In this document: piece after piece, positions 1 to 10,179 of the stretch
Layout of the letters: the number at the start of each line of letters is the position of its first letter
Numbering within the stretch: position 1 is the stretch's first letter
DNA from: an uncultured Actinomycetes bacterium
Lineage (GTDB): Bacteria > Actinomycetota > Thermoleophilia > UBA2241
Assembly (NCBI GenBank): GCA_963767005.1
Contig: CAVYCN010000002.1
Span: 1-64,000, forward strand
DNA: 64,000 nt
Direction: 5' to 3'
The notes under the pieces: generated by a model
What the model was told of the DNA's origin: nothing
Database searches by the model: none
Seen by the model: the letters and a program-made list of their open reading frames with translations, nothing else
Translations under genes and position numbers: made by a program

Positions 1-928
<928 letters not shown>

Positions 929-1015
929 ATCACCCGCGCCGCTATGTAGCTTTCAGGTCCGTGTCGGCTACCGGCACCCAAGGTTTGCGGGCTCATGTGT
1001 AGCTCGCGCGACCTT

Positions 1016-1132
1016 TCCGGTGGCCATAGCGGAGGGGACACACCTCTTCCCATCCCGAACAGAGAAGTAAAGTCCTCCAGCGCCGATGGTACTTCGGGGG
1101 TGACCCCGCGGGAGAGTAGGACGCCGCCGGGA
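1016..1132 (+). rRNA. rrf: 5S rRNA
   Basis: TCCGGTGGCCATAGCG...CCCATCCCGAAC...CGCCGATGGTAC...GGGAGAGTAGGACGCCGCCGG; ends pair; lies downstream of 23S. Confidence 0.97.
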
Positions 1133-1138
1133 TTCTTC

Positions 1139-1185
1139 ACGAAGGGGGCGGGACGCGGCTGCAAGCCGCGTCCCGCCCCCTTCGT
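1139..1185 (+). terminator. rrn operon terminator hairpin
   Basis: Perfect 21-bp inverted repeat ACGAAGGGGGCGGGACGCGGC-TGCAA-GCCGCGTCCCGCCCCCTTCGT directly after 5S. Confidence 0.85.
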
Positions 1186-1470
1186 CGTTCCGGGCCGGGC
1201 TGCGCGCCGGCGTCGGCGCCGGCGCCAATCTTCCACAAACCTAGCCGTCACCCGCCTGCGGCGGCGACCTCCTGCGGTATGCTTGGCCGGCCGGGGGGCG
1301 ACCGTCGCCTGCCGCGCGCCGTGCGGAAGTCGCGTGGCGCGCCGGGCGGCGCGGGCCTCGCCCGGCCGCGCGGGGCGCCAGGCCGACGTGGTGCTCGGCG
1401 CAGCGCGGGGGAGCGGCCCTGTCCCCCTCGACGCGCTCGTGGCAACTCCTGGACGGAAGGCGGACACGCG

Positions 1471-2889
1471 GTGGCCAAGGCCCGGATCACGTATCTGAGC
1501 GACGACGAGAAGCAGTTCATCCACGAGAAGACGTTGCAGGTCCTGGCCGAGGTCGGCGTGGCCTTCAACAGCCCCAAGGCGATCGAGCTCCTGGCTGCGG
1601 CCGGCGCTGAGGTCGACCGCGAGGCGCTCACGGCGAAGCTGACCTGGGACTTGATCGAGCCCGCCCTGGCGACCGTGCCGCGCCAGGTGCGCCTGGCCGG
1701 CCGCGACGCCGCCCACGACGTGATGCTGGGCGACGGCGGCTTTCTCTGCACGAGCGACGGCATGACCACGTACTGGTACGACGACCTGACCGGCAGGCGG
1801 CGACCGGGTACGAGCGACGACCTGGCGCAGATCACGCGGCTCTCCGACGCGATGCCCGAGCTCGACTACCTGTGGCCCACGATGCAGGCCGGCGACGCCG
1901 ACGGCGAGCTCATGCCGCTCGTCATGCAGGCCGTGATGGTGCGTAACTCGGCCAAGCACGTTCAGGACGAGGTGCGCACGCCCGAGATGGTCGGCCCCAT
2001 CCTCGAGATCTACGAGACCGCCTGTGGAGCGCCGCTCACCGAGCGCCCCTACTTCTCGGTCACGAACTGCACGATCGCCCCGCTGCAGCACGACCGCGAC
2101 ATGACCGAGGCCGGCCTGCTGCTCTGCAAGCGCGGCGTGCCGATCTTCGTGCTGCCCATGCCTCAGGTGGGCACGACGGGACCCGGCACCGTGCTGGCGG
2201 ACTGCATCGTCAACATGGCCGAGCTGCTGTCGGGCATCGTGCTCTACCAGCTCGCCGAGCCGGGCTGCGCCACGATCTCGGGCGTCGGCGCCGGCGTCGC
2301 CGACATGCGTACCGGCGGCTACATCGCGGCCGGCCCCGAGATCGGTCTGATCAACATGATCTGCATCGAGATGAGCCGGTTCTACCGCCTGCCGACGCAG
2401 GCGACCGGCATGTCGTCCGACGCCAAGGCGCCCGACTTCCAGTGTGGCTCCGAGGGCGGCATGACCGCGCTCGTCGCCGCCCTGATCGGCGCCGACTCGC
2501 TGATCGCGGCGGGCGGCTTCGACGGGGTGCAGCAGTCGAGCCTGGCCAAGATCGTGCTCGACTGCGACCAGATCGGGGCGCTGCGGCGCTACCTGCGCGA
2601 GGACCCTGTCGACGAGGCCCACGCCCTGCTCGACGACATCCGCGAGGTCGGCATCGGCGGTCACTTCCTGGGGCGGCGCGCCACGCGGTCCTTCGCCCGC
2701 ACCGAGGTGTGGCGGCCGGCCGTGTTCCAGCGTGGTACGTTCGAGGAGTTCGCGGGCACGTCGCTCGTGGCCAGCGCGGTCGAGCGGGCGCGTGCGGCGA
2801 TCGCCGCCTACGAGCCGCCGGCGCTGCCCGACGACGCCGACCGTCACATCGACGAGGTGATCGCCGCCTACGCGGCGACCCTCGCCTGA
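1471..2889 (+). CDS. MttB-superfamily (trimethylamine methyltransferase family) protein, no pyrrolysine
   Basis: IHEKTLQVLAEVGV, TIAPLQHD, GTTGPGT, ADMRTG, GPE, SSDAK..DFQ.G.E, I.EVG.GGHFL; GTG start at 1471 after GGAAGG. Confidence 0.92.
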   Translation: MAKARITYLSDDEKQFIHEKTLQVLAEVGVAFNSPKAIELLAAAGAEVDREALTAKLTWDLIEPALATVPRQVRLAGRDAAHDVMLGDGGFLCTSDGMTTYWYDDLTGRRRPGTSDDLAQITRLSDAMPELDYLWPTMQAGDADGELMPLVMQAVMVRNSAKHVQDEVRTPEMVGPILEIYETACGAPLTERPYFSVTNCTIAPLQHDRDMTEAGLLLCKRGVPIFVLPMPQVGTTGPGTVLADCIVNMAELLSGIVLYQLAEPGCATISGVGAGVADMRTGGYIAAGPEIGLINMICIEMSRFYRLPTQATGMSSDAKAPDFQCGSEGGMTALVAALIGADSLIAAGGFDGVQQSSLAKIVLDCDQIGALRRYLREDPVDEAHALLDDIREVGIGGHFLGRRATRSFARTEVWRPAVFQRGTFEEFAGTSLVASAVERARAAIAAYEPPALPDDADRHIDEVIAAYAATLA

Positions 2890-2991
2890 GGGCGCCGCGC
2901 GACGGACGCGCGCCCGGAGCACCCGCCGACGGCAGCCGGGCACGGCGCCGGCCGGACGGCACCTGAGAAGAGAACGACCCAGGGGGGAGAC

Positions 2992-4416
2992 GTGGCACGA
3001 GCGAGGGTCCGCTACCTGTCCGACGAGGACCGCCGGTTCATCCACGAGCAGACCATGCGCGTGCTCGAGGAGGTCGGCGTCGCCTACAACACCGAGAAGG
3101 CGATCGACCTGCTCGAGGCGGCGGGCGCGCCCGTCGAGCGTGAGACGTTGCGCGCCCGCGTGCCGCGCGAGCTCGTCGAGCGCTGTCTGGCTACGTTGCC
3201 GGACCGCATCCTGCTGGCCGGCCGCGACCCGCGGCACGACCGCTGGCTGGGCGACGACGACCCGATCGTCTTCTGCACCGACGGCACCGGCACGTACATG
3301 TACGACGACCTGACCGGCGAGCGCCACGAGGGCACCGCGGCCGACCTGCACACGGTCATGCGCCTGTTCGAGGGCCTCGACGAGATCGACATGAACTGGT
3401 GCTCGGTGTGCCCGCGCGACGTCGACCCCGTCACCCAGGGCCTGCGCATGGCGGCGATCGGCCTCACCGAGAGCGGCAAGCACCTGCAGGACGAGGTGCG
3501 CCACCCCGAGCAGGTGCCGGCCTACGTCGAGATGCTCGAGACCTTCGCCGGCGCCTCGCTGCACGAGCGCCCCATCTTCTCGGTCACGAGCTGCACCATC
3601 GCGCCGCTGCAGCACGACAAGGAGATGACCGAGGCCGGCATCGAGCTGGCCCGTGCCGGCGTGCCGATCTTCGTCATGCCGATGCCGCTCATGGGCACGA
3701 CCGGGCCGATGAGCGTGCTCGGTTGCTGCATCGTCAACATGGCCGAGCTGCTCAGCGCGGTTGTGCTCTTCCAGCTCGCGGCGCCGGGCTCGGCGATCGT
3801 GTCGGCGATCGGCACGGCGGCCGCCGAGATGCGTAGCGGCTTGTACCTCTGCGGCGCACCCGAGGTCGCCCTGATCAACACGATCTGCATCGAGATGAGC
3901 CATCACTATGGGCTGCGCACCATGGGCAGCGGCGGCACGAGCGACGCCAAGGTGAGCAACCAGCAAGCCGGCGCCGAGGGCATGATGACGGCCCTGGCCG
4001 CGGCTCTCGCCGGCTCCGAGTGCATCCTCGCGTTCGGCCTGCTCGACGGCGCCCAGTCGGTGAGCCTCGCCAAGGCCGTGCTCGACTGCGACACCGTGGG
4101 AGCGGTCCGCCGGTTCGTGCGCGACGACCCGCTCGACGAGGCCCACGCCCTGTTCGACGACATCCGCGAGATCGGCATCGGCGGCCACTTCCTGGGCGCG
4201 CGCAGCACGCGCCGCCTGTTGCACGCCGGCGAGCTGTGGAGCCCCGCCGTCTGGCAGCGGGCGCCGTTCGAGAGCTACGCGGGGCGCTCGCTCGTGGCCG
4301 ACGCGATGGAGCGGGTCCGCGAGATCGTCGCAACGCCGCAGGGCGTGCCGGTCGACGCCGCCGTGCTCGCCCGGGTCGAAGAGGTGATCGCCGCGTACCG
4401 GGCAGCCGCGGTCTGA
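2992..4416 (+). CDS. MttB-superfamily methyltransferase, no pyrrolysine (tandem paralog)
   Basis: Same motifs as the upstream gene; GGTSDAK at the Pyl-equivalent site; SD GGGGGGAG. Confidence 0.92.
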   Translation: MARARVRYLSDEDRRFIHEQTMRVLEEVGVAYNTEKAIDLLEAAGAPVERETLRARVPRELVERCLATLPDRILLAGRDPRHDRWLGDDDPIVFCTDGTGTYMYDDLTGERHEGTAADLHTVMRLFEGLDEIDMNWCSVCPRDVDPVTQGLRMAAIGLTESGKHLQDEVRHPEQVPAYVEMLETFAGASLHERPIFSVTSCTIAPLQHDKEMTEAGIELARAGVPIFVMPMPLMGTTGPMSVLGCCIVNMAELLSAVVLFQLAAPGSAIVSAIGTAAAEMRSGLYLCGAPEVALINTICIEMSHHYGLRTMGSGGTSDAKVSNQQAGAEGMMTALAAALAGSECILAFGLLDGAQSVSLAKAVLDCDTVGAVRRFVRDDPLDEAHALFDDIREIGIGGHFLGARSTRRLLHAGELWSPAVWQRAPFESYAGRSLVADAMERVREIVATPQGVPVDAAVLARVEEVIAAYRAAAV

Positions 4417-4483
4417 CGACGCGCCGTCGGGCGCGGCGCGATGCCCGCGCGGCGCGGGTGCGCTCCGGGGTATGCTTGCGGGC

Positions 4484-5143
4484 ATGAGCGAGACGGCGGT
4501 GCTCGAGACGGGCGCCGGACGGGCCGGTGAGCTCGTCCTGCTGCGCCGCGGCGCCGAGCTGCAGGTTGTCTGCGACGGCGCCTTTCTGATCGCGAGCTGC
4601 AACGAGCGCTCCAGCCGGGCGCTCGTCGCGGCGGCGCGACCCTTTCTGCCGGCGCGCCCGCTCGATGTGCTGATCGGCGGTCTGGGCATGGGCTACGCGC
4701 TCGACGAGGCGCTCGACCTGCCGGCCCGCAGCGTCACGGTCGCCGAGTACGAGCCGCTCATCGTCGAGTGGTTCGCGACCTACATGCGTGAGCGGGCCGA
4801 GCGCGCCGAAGGCGACCCCCGCTCGCGCATCGTCGTCGCCGACGTGGCCGACCTGCTCGATGGACCGGCTCGCTACGACCTGATCGCCCTCGACACCGAC
4901 AACGGCCCTGAGTGGCTGGTGCGCGCCGACAATGCCCCGCTCTACGGGGCCGACGGGCTGGCCCGGGCGGCGCGCGCCCTGCGGCCCGACGGCGTCGTCG
5001 TGTTCTGGTCGCCGGAACGCTACGCGAGCTTCGAGGACGCGCTCGCGGGAGCCTTCGCCGCCGTCGAGGCCGCGCCGGCCAGCGACGTGGTCGACGGGCG
5101 CACGATGGACTACACCATGTACGTCTGCCGGCGGCCGCGGTAG
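4484..5143 (+). CDS. Spermidine synthase-like class I SAM-binding protein
   Basis: VLIGGLGMGYAL, VTVAE, YDLIALDTDNGP, L.P.G....WS; probably leaderless (TATGCT 7 nt before the ATG). Confidence 0.8.
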   Translation: MSETAVLETGAGRAGELVLLRRGAELQVVCDGAFLIASCNERSSRALVAAARPFLPARPLDVLIGGLGMGYALDEALDLPARSVTVAEYEPLIVEWFATYMRERAERAEGDPRSRIVVADVADLLDGPARYDLIALDTDNGPEWLVRADNAPLYGADGLARAARALRPDGVVVFWSPERYASFEDALAGAFAAVEAAPASDVVDGRTMDYTMYVCRRPR

Positions 5144-5218
5144 GGGGGCCGCGGCGTTGCGGGGGTTCGGGAGCGTGTGTAGGGTTGCCGGCAGACAGGC
5201 GCCGAAAGGGAGCGAGCC

Positions 5219-5416
5219 GTGCCACTGACCTGGGACCAGCCCGACGACATCGCCTTCGCGCTCATCGACGAGCACCCCGACGCCGATCCTCTCGACATCA
5301 ACTTCGTGACGCTACACAAGTGGGTCTGCGCGCTGCCCGACTTCGGCGACGACCCCGACGCCGCGACCGAAGGCAAGCTCGAAGCCGTCGTCCTGGCCTG
5401 GCATGCCCAGCTCTGA
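5219..5416 (+). CDS. iscX: Fe-S cluster assembly protein IscX (YfhJ)
   Basis: LTW.....IA..L...HPD.DP..I.F..LH.WV..LP.F.DDP....E..LEA....W is the IscX signature; 65 aa, acidic. Confidence 0.88.
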   Translation: MPLTWDQPDDIAFALIDEHPDADPLDINFVTLHKWVCALPDFGDDPDAATEGKLEAVVLAWHAQL

Positions 5417-6038
5417 CGACATCCTCGGGCTGTTCCCGCTGCCGCTCGTCCTGCTGCCCGGCGAGGTCCTGCCGCTGCACATCTTCGAGGAGCGCTACAA
5501 GGCGCTGATCGGCGACTGCCGCGCGAGCGGAGCCGTCTTCGGCATCGTGTTCAGCGACGACGACAAGAACGCCGACAAGGGCTGCACGGCGGCCATCGAC
5601 GAGGTGATCGACGAGCTCGACGACGGCCGCCTGAACATCCTCGTGTCGGGTCACGAGCGCTTCACGGTCACCGAGCTGATCAGGCCCGCCGACCCCGCGG
5701 CCGACTACCTGCGGGGCCGGGTCGAGGTCTTCGACGACCTCGAGTCGGCCGTCGCTTCGCAACAGCTCGCCGAGGACCTCGCCGAGAGCCTGTTCCGGCG
5801 CATGATCAGCCTCATGGGCGTCGACGAGCCGCGCGTGCCGCGCGGCGAGAGCCCGCTGTCGTTCCGTCTGGCGGCGGCCGTCGACTTCGGCCAGCCCCTC
5901 AAGCAGCGACTGCTCGAGTCGCGCTCCGAGGCCGAGCGCCTCGACCTGCTGGTCGCCGTGATGAAGGCGCTGATCCCCGGCCTCGAGCTACGTAAGCAGC
6001 GTGAGCAGGCGATCCGCGGCAACGGCAAGGGGTATTAG
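5403..6038 (+). CDS. Stand-alone LON peptidase substrate-binding domain protein
   Basis: LFPL..VLLPGE.LPLHIFEERYK.LI..C, GCTA, DGR.NI...G..RF, KQ.LLE. Confidence 0.88.
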   Translation: MPSSDDILGLFPLPLVLLPGEVLPLHIFEERYKALIGDCRASGAVFGIVFSDDDKNADKGCTAAIDEVIDELDDGRLNILVSGHERFTVTELIRPADPAADYLRGRVEVFDDLESAVASQQLAEDLAESLFRRMISLMGVDEPRVPRGESPLSFRLAAAVDFGQPLKQRLLESRSEAERLDLLVAVMKALIPGLELRKQREQAIRGNGKGY

Positions 6039-6089
6039 GCGCGCCGGCCCGGCCGCGGCGGCGCCGGCCCTGGCCCTGGCGTCGGCGCC

Positions 6090-7064
6090 CTACGGCACCA
6101 GCACGATCTTGCCGAAGTGACGCCCCGCCAGCATCTCATGAGCCTCTCGCGCGCGCGCGAGGGGCAGCACCTGGCCGACGACCGGCCGTAGCTCTCCCGC
6201 CTCGACCAGGCGGGCGACCTCGGTGAGGGTCTCGGCGACGCCGGCGCGACCGGCGTTGCTCGAGCTGCCGAACAGCAGCGCGGCGTCGCCGGCGATCGCC
6301 TTTCCGGTCGGGACCTCGACGGTCGGCCCCGGACCTGCGCCGATGCAGGCGATGCGGCCGCCGCGCACGATCATGTCGAGGTCGGCGGCCAGGTTGGCCG
6401 ACGCGACGAGCTCGAGGATCACGGCGACGCCCTTGTCGGCGGTGAGGCGCCGGACCTCGGCGACGACGTCGGTCTCGTGGCGGTTGACGGTCTCGTCGGC
6501 GCCGAGCTCGCCGACACGACGCGCGTCGTCGTCGCTGCCGACCACGGCCAGCACGCGCGCGCCGCGGGCGTGGGCGAGCTGGACCGCGGCGCTGCCGACG
6601 CCGCCGGCGGCACCCTGCACGAGCACCGTCTCGCCTGCCTGCAGCCCGGCGCGGCGCACGAGGCCGTACCAGGCCGTCGAGAAGGCGAGGCCCAGGGCGG
6701 CAGCCTCCTCGAAGCTCAGGCCGGCCGGCTTGCGCACGGCCTGCACGGGGGCGATCAGGGCGTACTCGGCGTAGGTGCCCTCGCTGCCGATCCCGAGGCC
6801 GGTGAAGAAGACCTCGTCGCCGGGCGCCAGGTCGTGCACGTCGGCGCCGACGGCCTCGACCACGCCGGCGCCGTCGGAGCCCAGGATCTTGGGCGGCTGC
6901 CTGGGGGTGGGGAAGGCGTCGGTGCGCACCGCGGTGTCGATCGGGTTGACCGCGGCCGCCCGCAGGCGGACGAGTGCCTGAGCCGGGCCCGGCGACGGCG
7001 TCGCGACGTCCTCGTAGACGAGCACCTCGGGGCCGCCGTACTCGTGGATCCGCACCGCCTTCAT
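6090..7064 (-). CDS. NADPH:quinone oxidoreductase (MDR/zeta-crystallin family)
   Basis: MKAVRIHEYGGPEVL, VNPID, G.DGAGVV, GAAGGVG, GKIVL. Confidence 0.9.
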   Translation of the reverse strand: MKAVRIHEYGGPEVLVYEDVATPSPGPAQALVRLRAAAVNPIDTAVRTDAFPTPRQPPKILGSDGAGVVEAVGADVHDLAPGDEVFFTGLGIGSEGTYAEYALIAPVQAVRKPAGLSFEEAAALGLAFSTAWYGLVRRAGLQAGETVLVQGAAGGVGSAAVQLAHARGARVLAVVGSDDDARRVGELGADETVNRHETDVVAEVRRLTADKGVAVILELVASANLAADLDMIVRGGRIACIGAGPGPTVEVPTGKAIAGDAALLFGSSSNAGRAGVAETLTEVARLVEAGELRPVVGQVLPLARAREAHEMLAGRHFGKIVLVP

Positions 7065-7123
7065 GCCTGGCTCCCTCCGTCGTGGTCGGGCCGGGTCATT
7101 CCCGGCCCGCGACGATATCACGC

Positions 7124-8122
7124 TCAGCTTGCCTCGCGCTCGGCGCCCGGCCGGTGACGCAGCCGGGTCGCGACGCGCGCGCCGTACCAGGCGGCGAGAG
7201 CCACGATGCCGAGCAGGACGGCGTAGGGGATGACCGCGCCGAGGCCGATGACGATCGCTTCGAAGCCGCCGACGAGGTCGTGCCACGACGTCGACAGCGC
7301 CGCCGGGAAACCGTGGCGATGGGCGTGCCCGCCGGGCCGCGAGCGCTCGCCGATCGACACGGCGAGCGTGCCGTAGGTCACCTGCTCGCGCAGCGCCTTG
7401 AGCTCGCCGCTCAACTCCTCGACCTTGACCTGGGTCGCCTCGATGCGGGCCTGCACGGCGAGCGCCTGCGTGACGTCGGTGGCGCGCGCGAGGAAGCCGA
7501 GCAGACGGCGGTCGACGCTGCGCGCCTGGGCCAGGCGCGCGCTCAGGTCCACTGACTGCTGCGTGACGTCGGTGGCGCTCGTCTGCACGTCCTGCACGTA
7601 GCCGAGCGTGCCGAAACGCGCGATGGCCGCGTCGTATGCGTTCGCCGGCACGCGCACGGTCACGGTGGCGTAGGCGTTGGACCGGCCGCTTGCCGCCGAC
7701 ACCTGGCTGTCCAGGACGTAGCCGCCGTAGCCGGTCGTGAAGGCGACGACGCGGGCGGCCGCCTGCGGCACGTCGCCGCGCGCGACCAGCAGGGACATGG
7801 AGCCGGTGCGCACCAGGAACCGGTGCTCCGAGGCGGCGAGGTCGCTCAGGAGGGCCGACGACGACGCCGCGGCGCCGGCGGGCTCAGCGGCGCCGGCGGC
7901 AGCGCCCGTGGATGCCGGGGCGAAGGTGCCGGTGTGTGCGCTCGAGGTCGACGAGGAACCGCTGGACCCGCTGTCCGGCGACAGCGTGATGCCCGCCGCG
8001 GGCCCGTTCGACGGGCCGCTCGAACCGGCGACGACGAGGCGGTCGACGGCGGCGGCGGCGAGCAGCGCCGCCGCGACGATCGCGACGATCAGAATGCGGC
8101 GATGACCGAGGATCTGCGACAT
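7124..8122 (-). CDS. DUF4349 domain membrane protein
   Basis: N-terminal TM, Ser/Ala linker, RTG...L.V, GGYV, TVRVP, DVT...VDL.ARL, C-terminal TM. Confidence 0.8.
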   Translation of the reverse strand: MSQILGHRRILIVAIVAAALLAAAAVDRLVVAGSSGPSNGPAAGITLSPDSGSSGSSSTSSAHTGTFAPASTGAAAGAAEPAGAAASSSALLSDLAASEHRFLVRTGSMSLLVARGDVPQAAARVVAFTTGYGGYVLDSQVSAASGRSNAYATVTVRVPANAYDAAIARFGTLGYVQDVQTSATDVTQQSVDLSARLAQARSVDRRLLGFLARATDVTQALAVQARIEATQVKVEELSGELKALREQVTYGTLAVSIGERSRPGGHAHRHGFPAALSTSWHDLVGGFEAIVIGLGAVIPYAVLLGIVALAAWYGARVATRLRHRPGAEREAS

Positions 8123-8170
8123 GGCGTTCGTCCCTTCGCTCGTGGCCTTGCGGGGCCGTTCTCTGGCGCA

Positions 8171-8200
8171 AGAGACGCGCCCGGGCCGCGCGGGGTTCGC
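8171..8200 (-). promoter_or_regulatory. Candidate ECF sigma promoter for the DUF4349 gene
   Basis: Minus strand GCGAAC-N17-CGTCTC, matching the AAC..CGT ECF pattern. Confidence 0.4.
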
Positions 8201-8254
8201 GGCCGCCAGCTTGTGCCGCTAAAGCCGCCGCCCGGCGCAGGCGATACAGGTGAC

Positions 8255-9100
8255 ATGCTGCCGGTTTACAGTCACGAGGCCAGGACACACCGCTGGCCCT
8301 ACGCCACGATCGCGCTGATCGGCGTGAACGTGCTGGCCTTCACCTTCGAACTCTCGGTCGGGCCCCGCTTCGTGCCGTTCCTGCAGGAGTGGGGCCTGGT
8401 GCCGGCGCGCGTGAACGCCGAGGTCACGCTCCACAACGTCCTCACGCTCGTGACCGCGATGTTCCTGCACGTCGGCTGGGTGCACCTGATCGGCAACATG
8501 TGGTTCCTGTTCGTCTTCGGCGACGCCGTCGAGGACGCGTTCGGCTGGCGCTGGTTTCTGGCCATCTACCTGCTGTCCGGCTTCTTCGCCAACATCGCCT
8601 TCATGGCCGCTACGGCGGGCTCATCGACGCCGGCGATCGGCGCGAGCGGCGCCGTGGCCGGCGTCATGGGCGCGAGCCTCCTGCTGTGGCCGACGGCGCG
8701 CCTCAAGATCTTCTCGCTCGCCCTGTATGTCTGGGTGTTCTACGTCTGCTACGAGGTCAGTCTCGCGATCGGCATACCGAGCATCGCGCTCGGCGGCTCG
8801 GTCCTGTTCGTGGTCTCCATGCTCGGCACGCTCGTCTGGTACGCGGTTTCGCGCCAGCGCCGCACCGGCCAGGGGTCCCTGCACACGCTCCTCGTCGCCG
8901 TGTCGCTGCCGGCTTGGGTGGTGCTCGGCCTGTTCTTCCTGACCAACCTCTGGAGCGGCGCCCTGTCGGTGGTGAGCCCCGCCTACGGGGGCGCGGTCGG
9001 CTGGTGGGCACACATCGGCGGCTTCGTCGCCGGCGCCGTGTTCGCGCGGCTGTTCCCGCGGCACCCGATCGTGCTCGAGCAGCACGCGCTGCTCCAGTAG
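8255..9100 (+). CDS. Rhomboid family intramembrane serine protease
   Basis: MFLH.GW.HL.GNM.FL..FG..VE, GASGA (catalytic Ser), AHIGGF (catalytic His). Confidence 0.92.
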   Translation: MLPVYSHEARTHRWPYATIALIGVNVLAFTFELSVGPRFVPFLQEWGLVPARVNAEVTLHNVLTLVTAMFLHVGWVHLIGNMWFLFVFGDAVEDAFGWRWFLAIYLLSGFFANIAFMAATAGSSTPAIGASGAVAGVMGASLLLWPTARLKIFSLALYVWVFYVCYEVSLAIGIPSIALGGSVLFVVSMLGTLVWYAVSRQRRTGQGSLHTLLVAVSLPAWVVLGLFFLTNLWSGALSVVSPAYGGAVGWWAHIGGFVAGAVFARLFPRHPIVLEQHALLQ

Positions 9101-9134
9101 ACAGGGGCGGTCCGATGGCATCGACGAGACGGTC

Positions 9135-9971
9135 ATGGCGCGGCTGCTGAGCTGCCCCCACTGCCGGGCCGAGTTCGCTTTCGACGAGTGGGCTCGCGGC
9201 GCGTCGTGCCCGGCCTGCGGCCTGCGCCTGAGCTTCCTCGAGCTGGGCAGAGTGGAGCGCGTAGCCGGCGACGAGGCAGCGCCGACGCCGGCGCCATCCG
9301 TCTCGCCCGCGCCGGCGCCGCCCATCTCGAGCGCGCCCGTCGCGCCGGTCTCGGCTGCGCCCGCCGCGGCTGCGCCCGCCGCGCCGGCCGTCGGCGGCGC
9401 ATCGAGCGCGATCTGGTCGGCTCCCGCCGGACGGTCCGCCGCAGGGCCGCGCCGGTACGCCGTCGGCGGCAAGCCGCTGCACTGGACGGCGGGCTGGACG
9501 GTGGTCGCCGTGATCTGGGCGATCGCCGCGGTGGGCATGGTCGCCGTGCGGGTGTCGATAGGGCCGGTCACCGTGATGACGCCGGCCGAGACCGCGGCGA
9601 TCGACACGGTGCGCCAGGTGAAGCTGCCGACCGGTGCTGACACCGAGACCGTGCTGCGCTACGCGGCCACGCACGACCTCACCCCCGAGGGACACGTCGC
9701 CACCATCCCGCCCGGCGGCACGCAGATGTGGTACGCCTTCGACCGGCCGTGGCAGCACCGTATCTACGTCTACACGACGCTGCCGGGCACGAGCATGATG
9801 GGCAGCGATGTGGTGCTGTCGTGGACGGTCACGGGCCACACGGCGACGGCCACGGCCGCCACCCGGACGGCGCTGACCAAGACGGCCCAGACCAGGGCGC
9901 ACCCGCCGTCGCCGAACTCGGTGCCGGCCGTGCCCGGGATCATCCCTTCGATCCCGCCCGACCTGCAGTAG
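9135..9971 (+). CDS. Hypothetical membrane protein with N-terminal zinc ribbon
   Basis: CPHC...CPAC, Pro/Ala linker, one TM, C-terminal extracytoplasmic domain. Confidence 0.7.
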   Translation: MARLLSCPHCRAEFAFDEWARGASCPACGLRLSFLELGRVERVAGDEAAPTPAPSVSPAPAPPISSAPVAPVSAAPAAAAPAAPAVGGASSAIWSAPAGRSAAGPRRYAVGGKPLHWTAGWTVVAVIWAIAAVGMVAVRVSIGPVTVMTPAETAAIDTVRQVKLPTGADTETVLRYAATHDLTPEGHVATIPPGGTQMWYAFDRPWQHRIYVYTTLPGTSMMGSDVVLSWTVTGHTATATAATRTALTKTAQTRAHPPSPNSVPAVPGIIPSIPPDLQ

Positions 9972-10179
9972 CCGGCCGGCCCCCGCCGCCGTAGTTGCCC
10001 GGGGCGGGGCGAGCGGTTAGGCTCCTAGGCAAGGGTTTGGAGCCGCCGGCAGCGGTCGCCGCGGCACCCGTACGACGCACCGCAGGGCTTGCCGTGACAC
10101 GAGCGACCTTCCGACACCGAGATCCCCACACCGCAGCGACGGCCGTCGCCGGGCTTACGGGCCTGTGCCGGGACGCGCT

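Noticed and set aside
1400-1455. SAM-I-like fragments (GGGAGCGGCCC...GGCAAC) upstream of the first MttB
   Set aside because: The ATCnAGAG and GGTGCnAAnTCC core elements are missing
1471-4416. Pyrrolysine-containing MttB
   Set aside because: No in-frame TAG in any of the four MttB genes, and no pyl genes or tRNA-Pyl in the window
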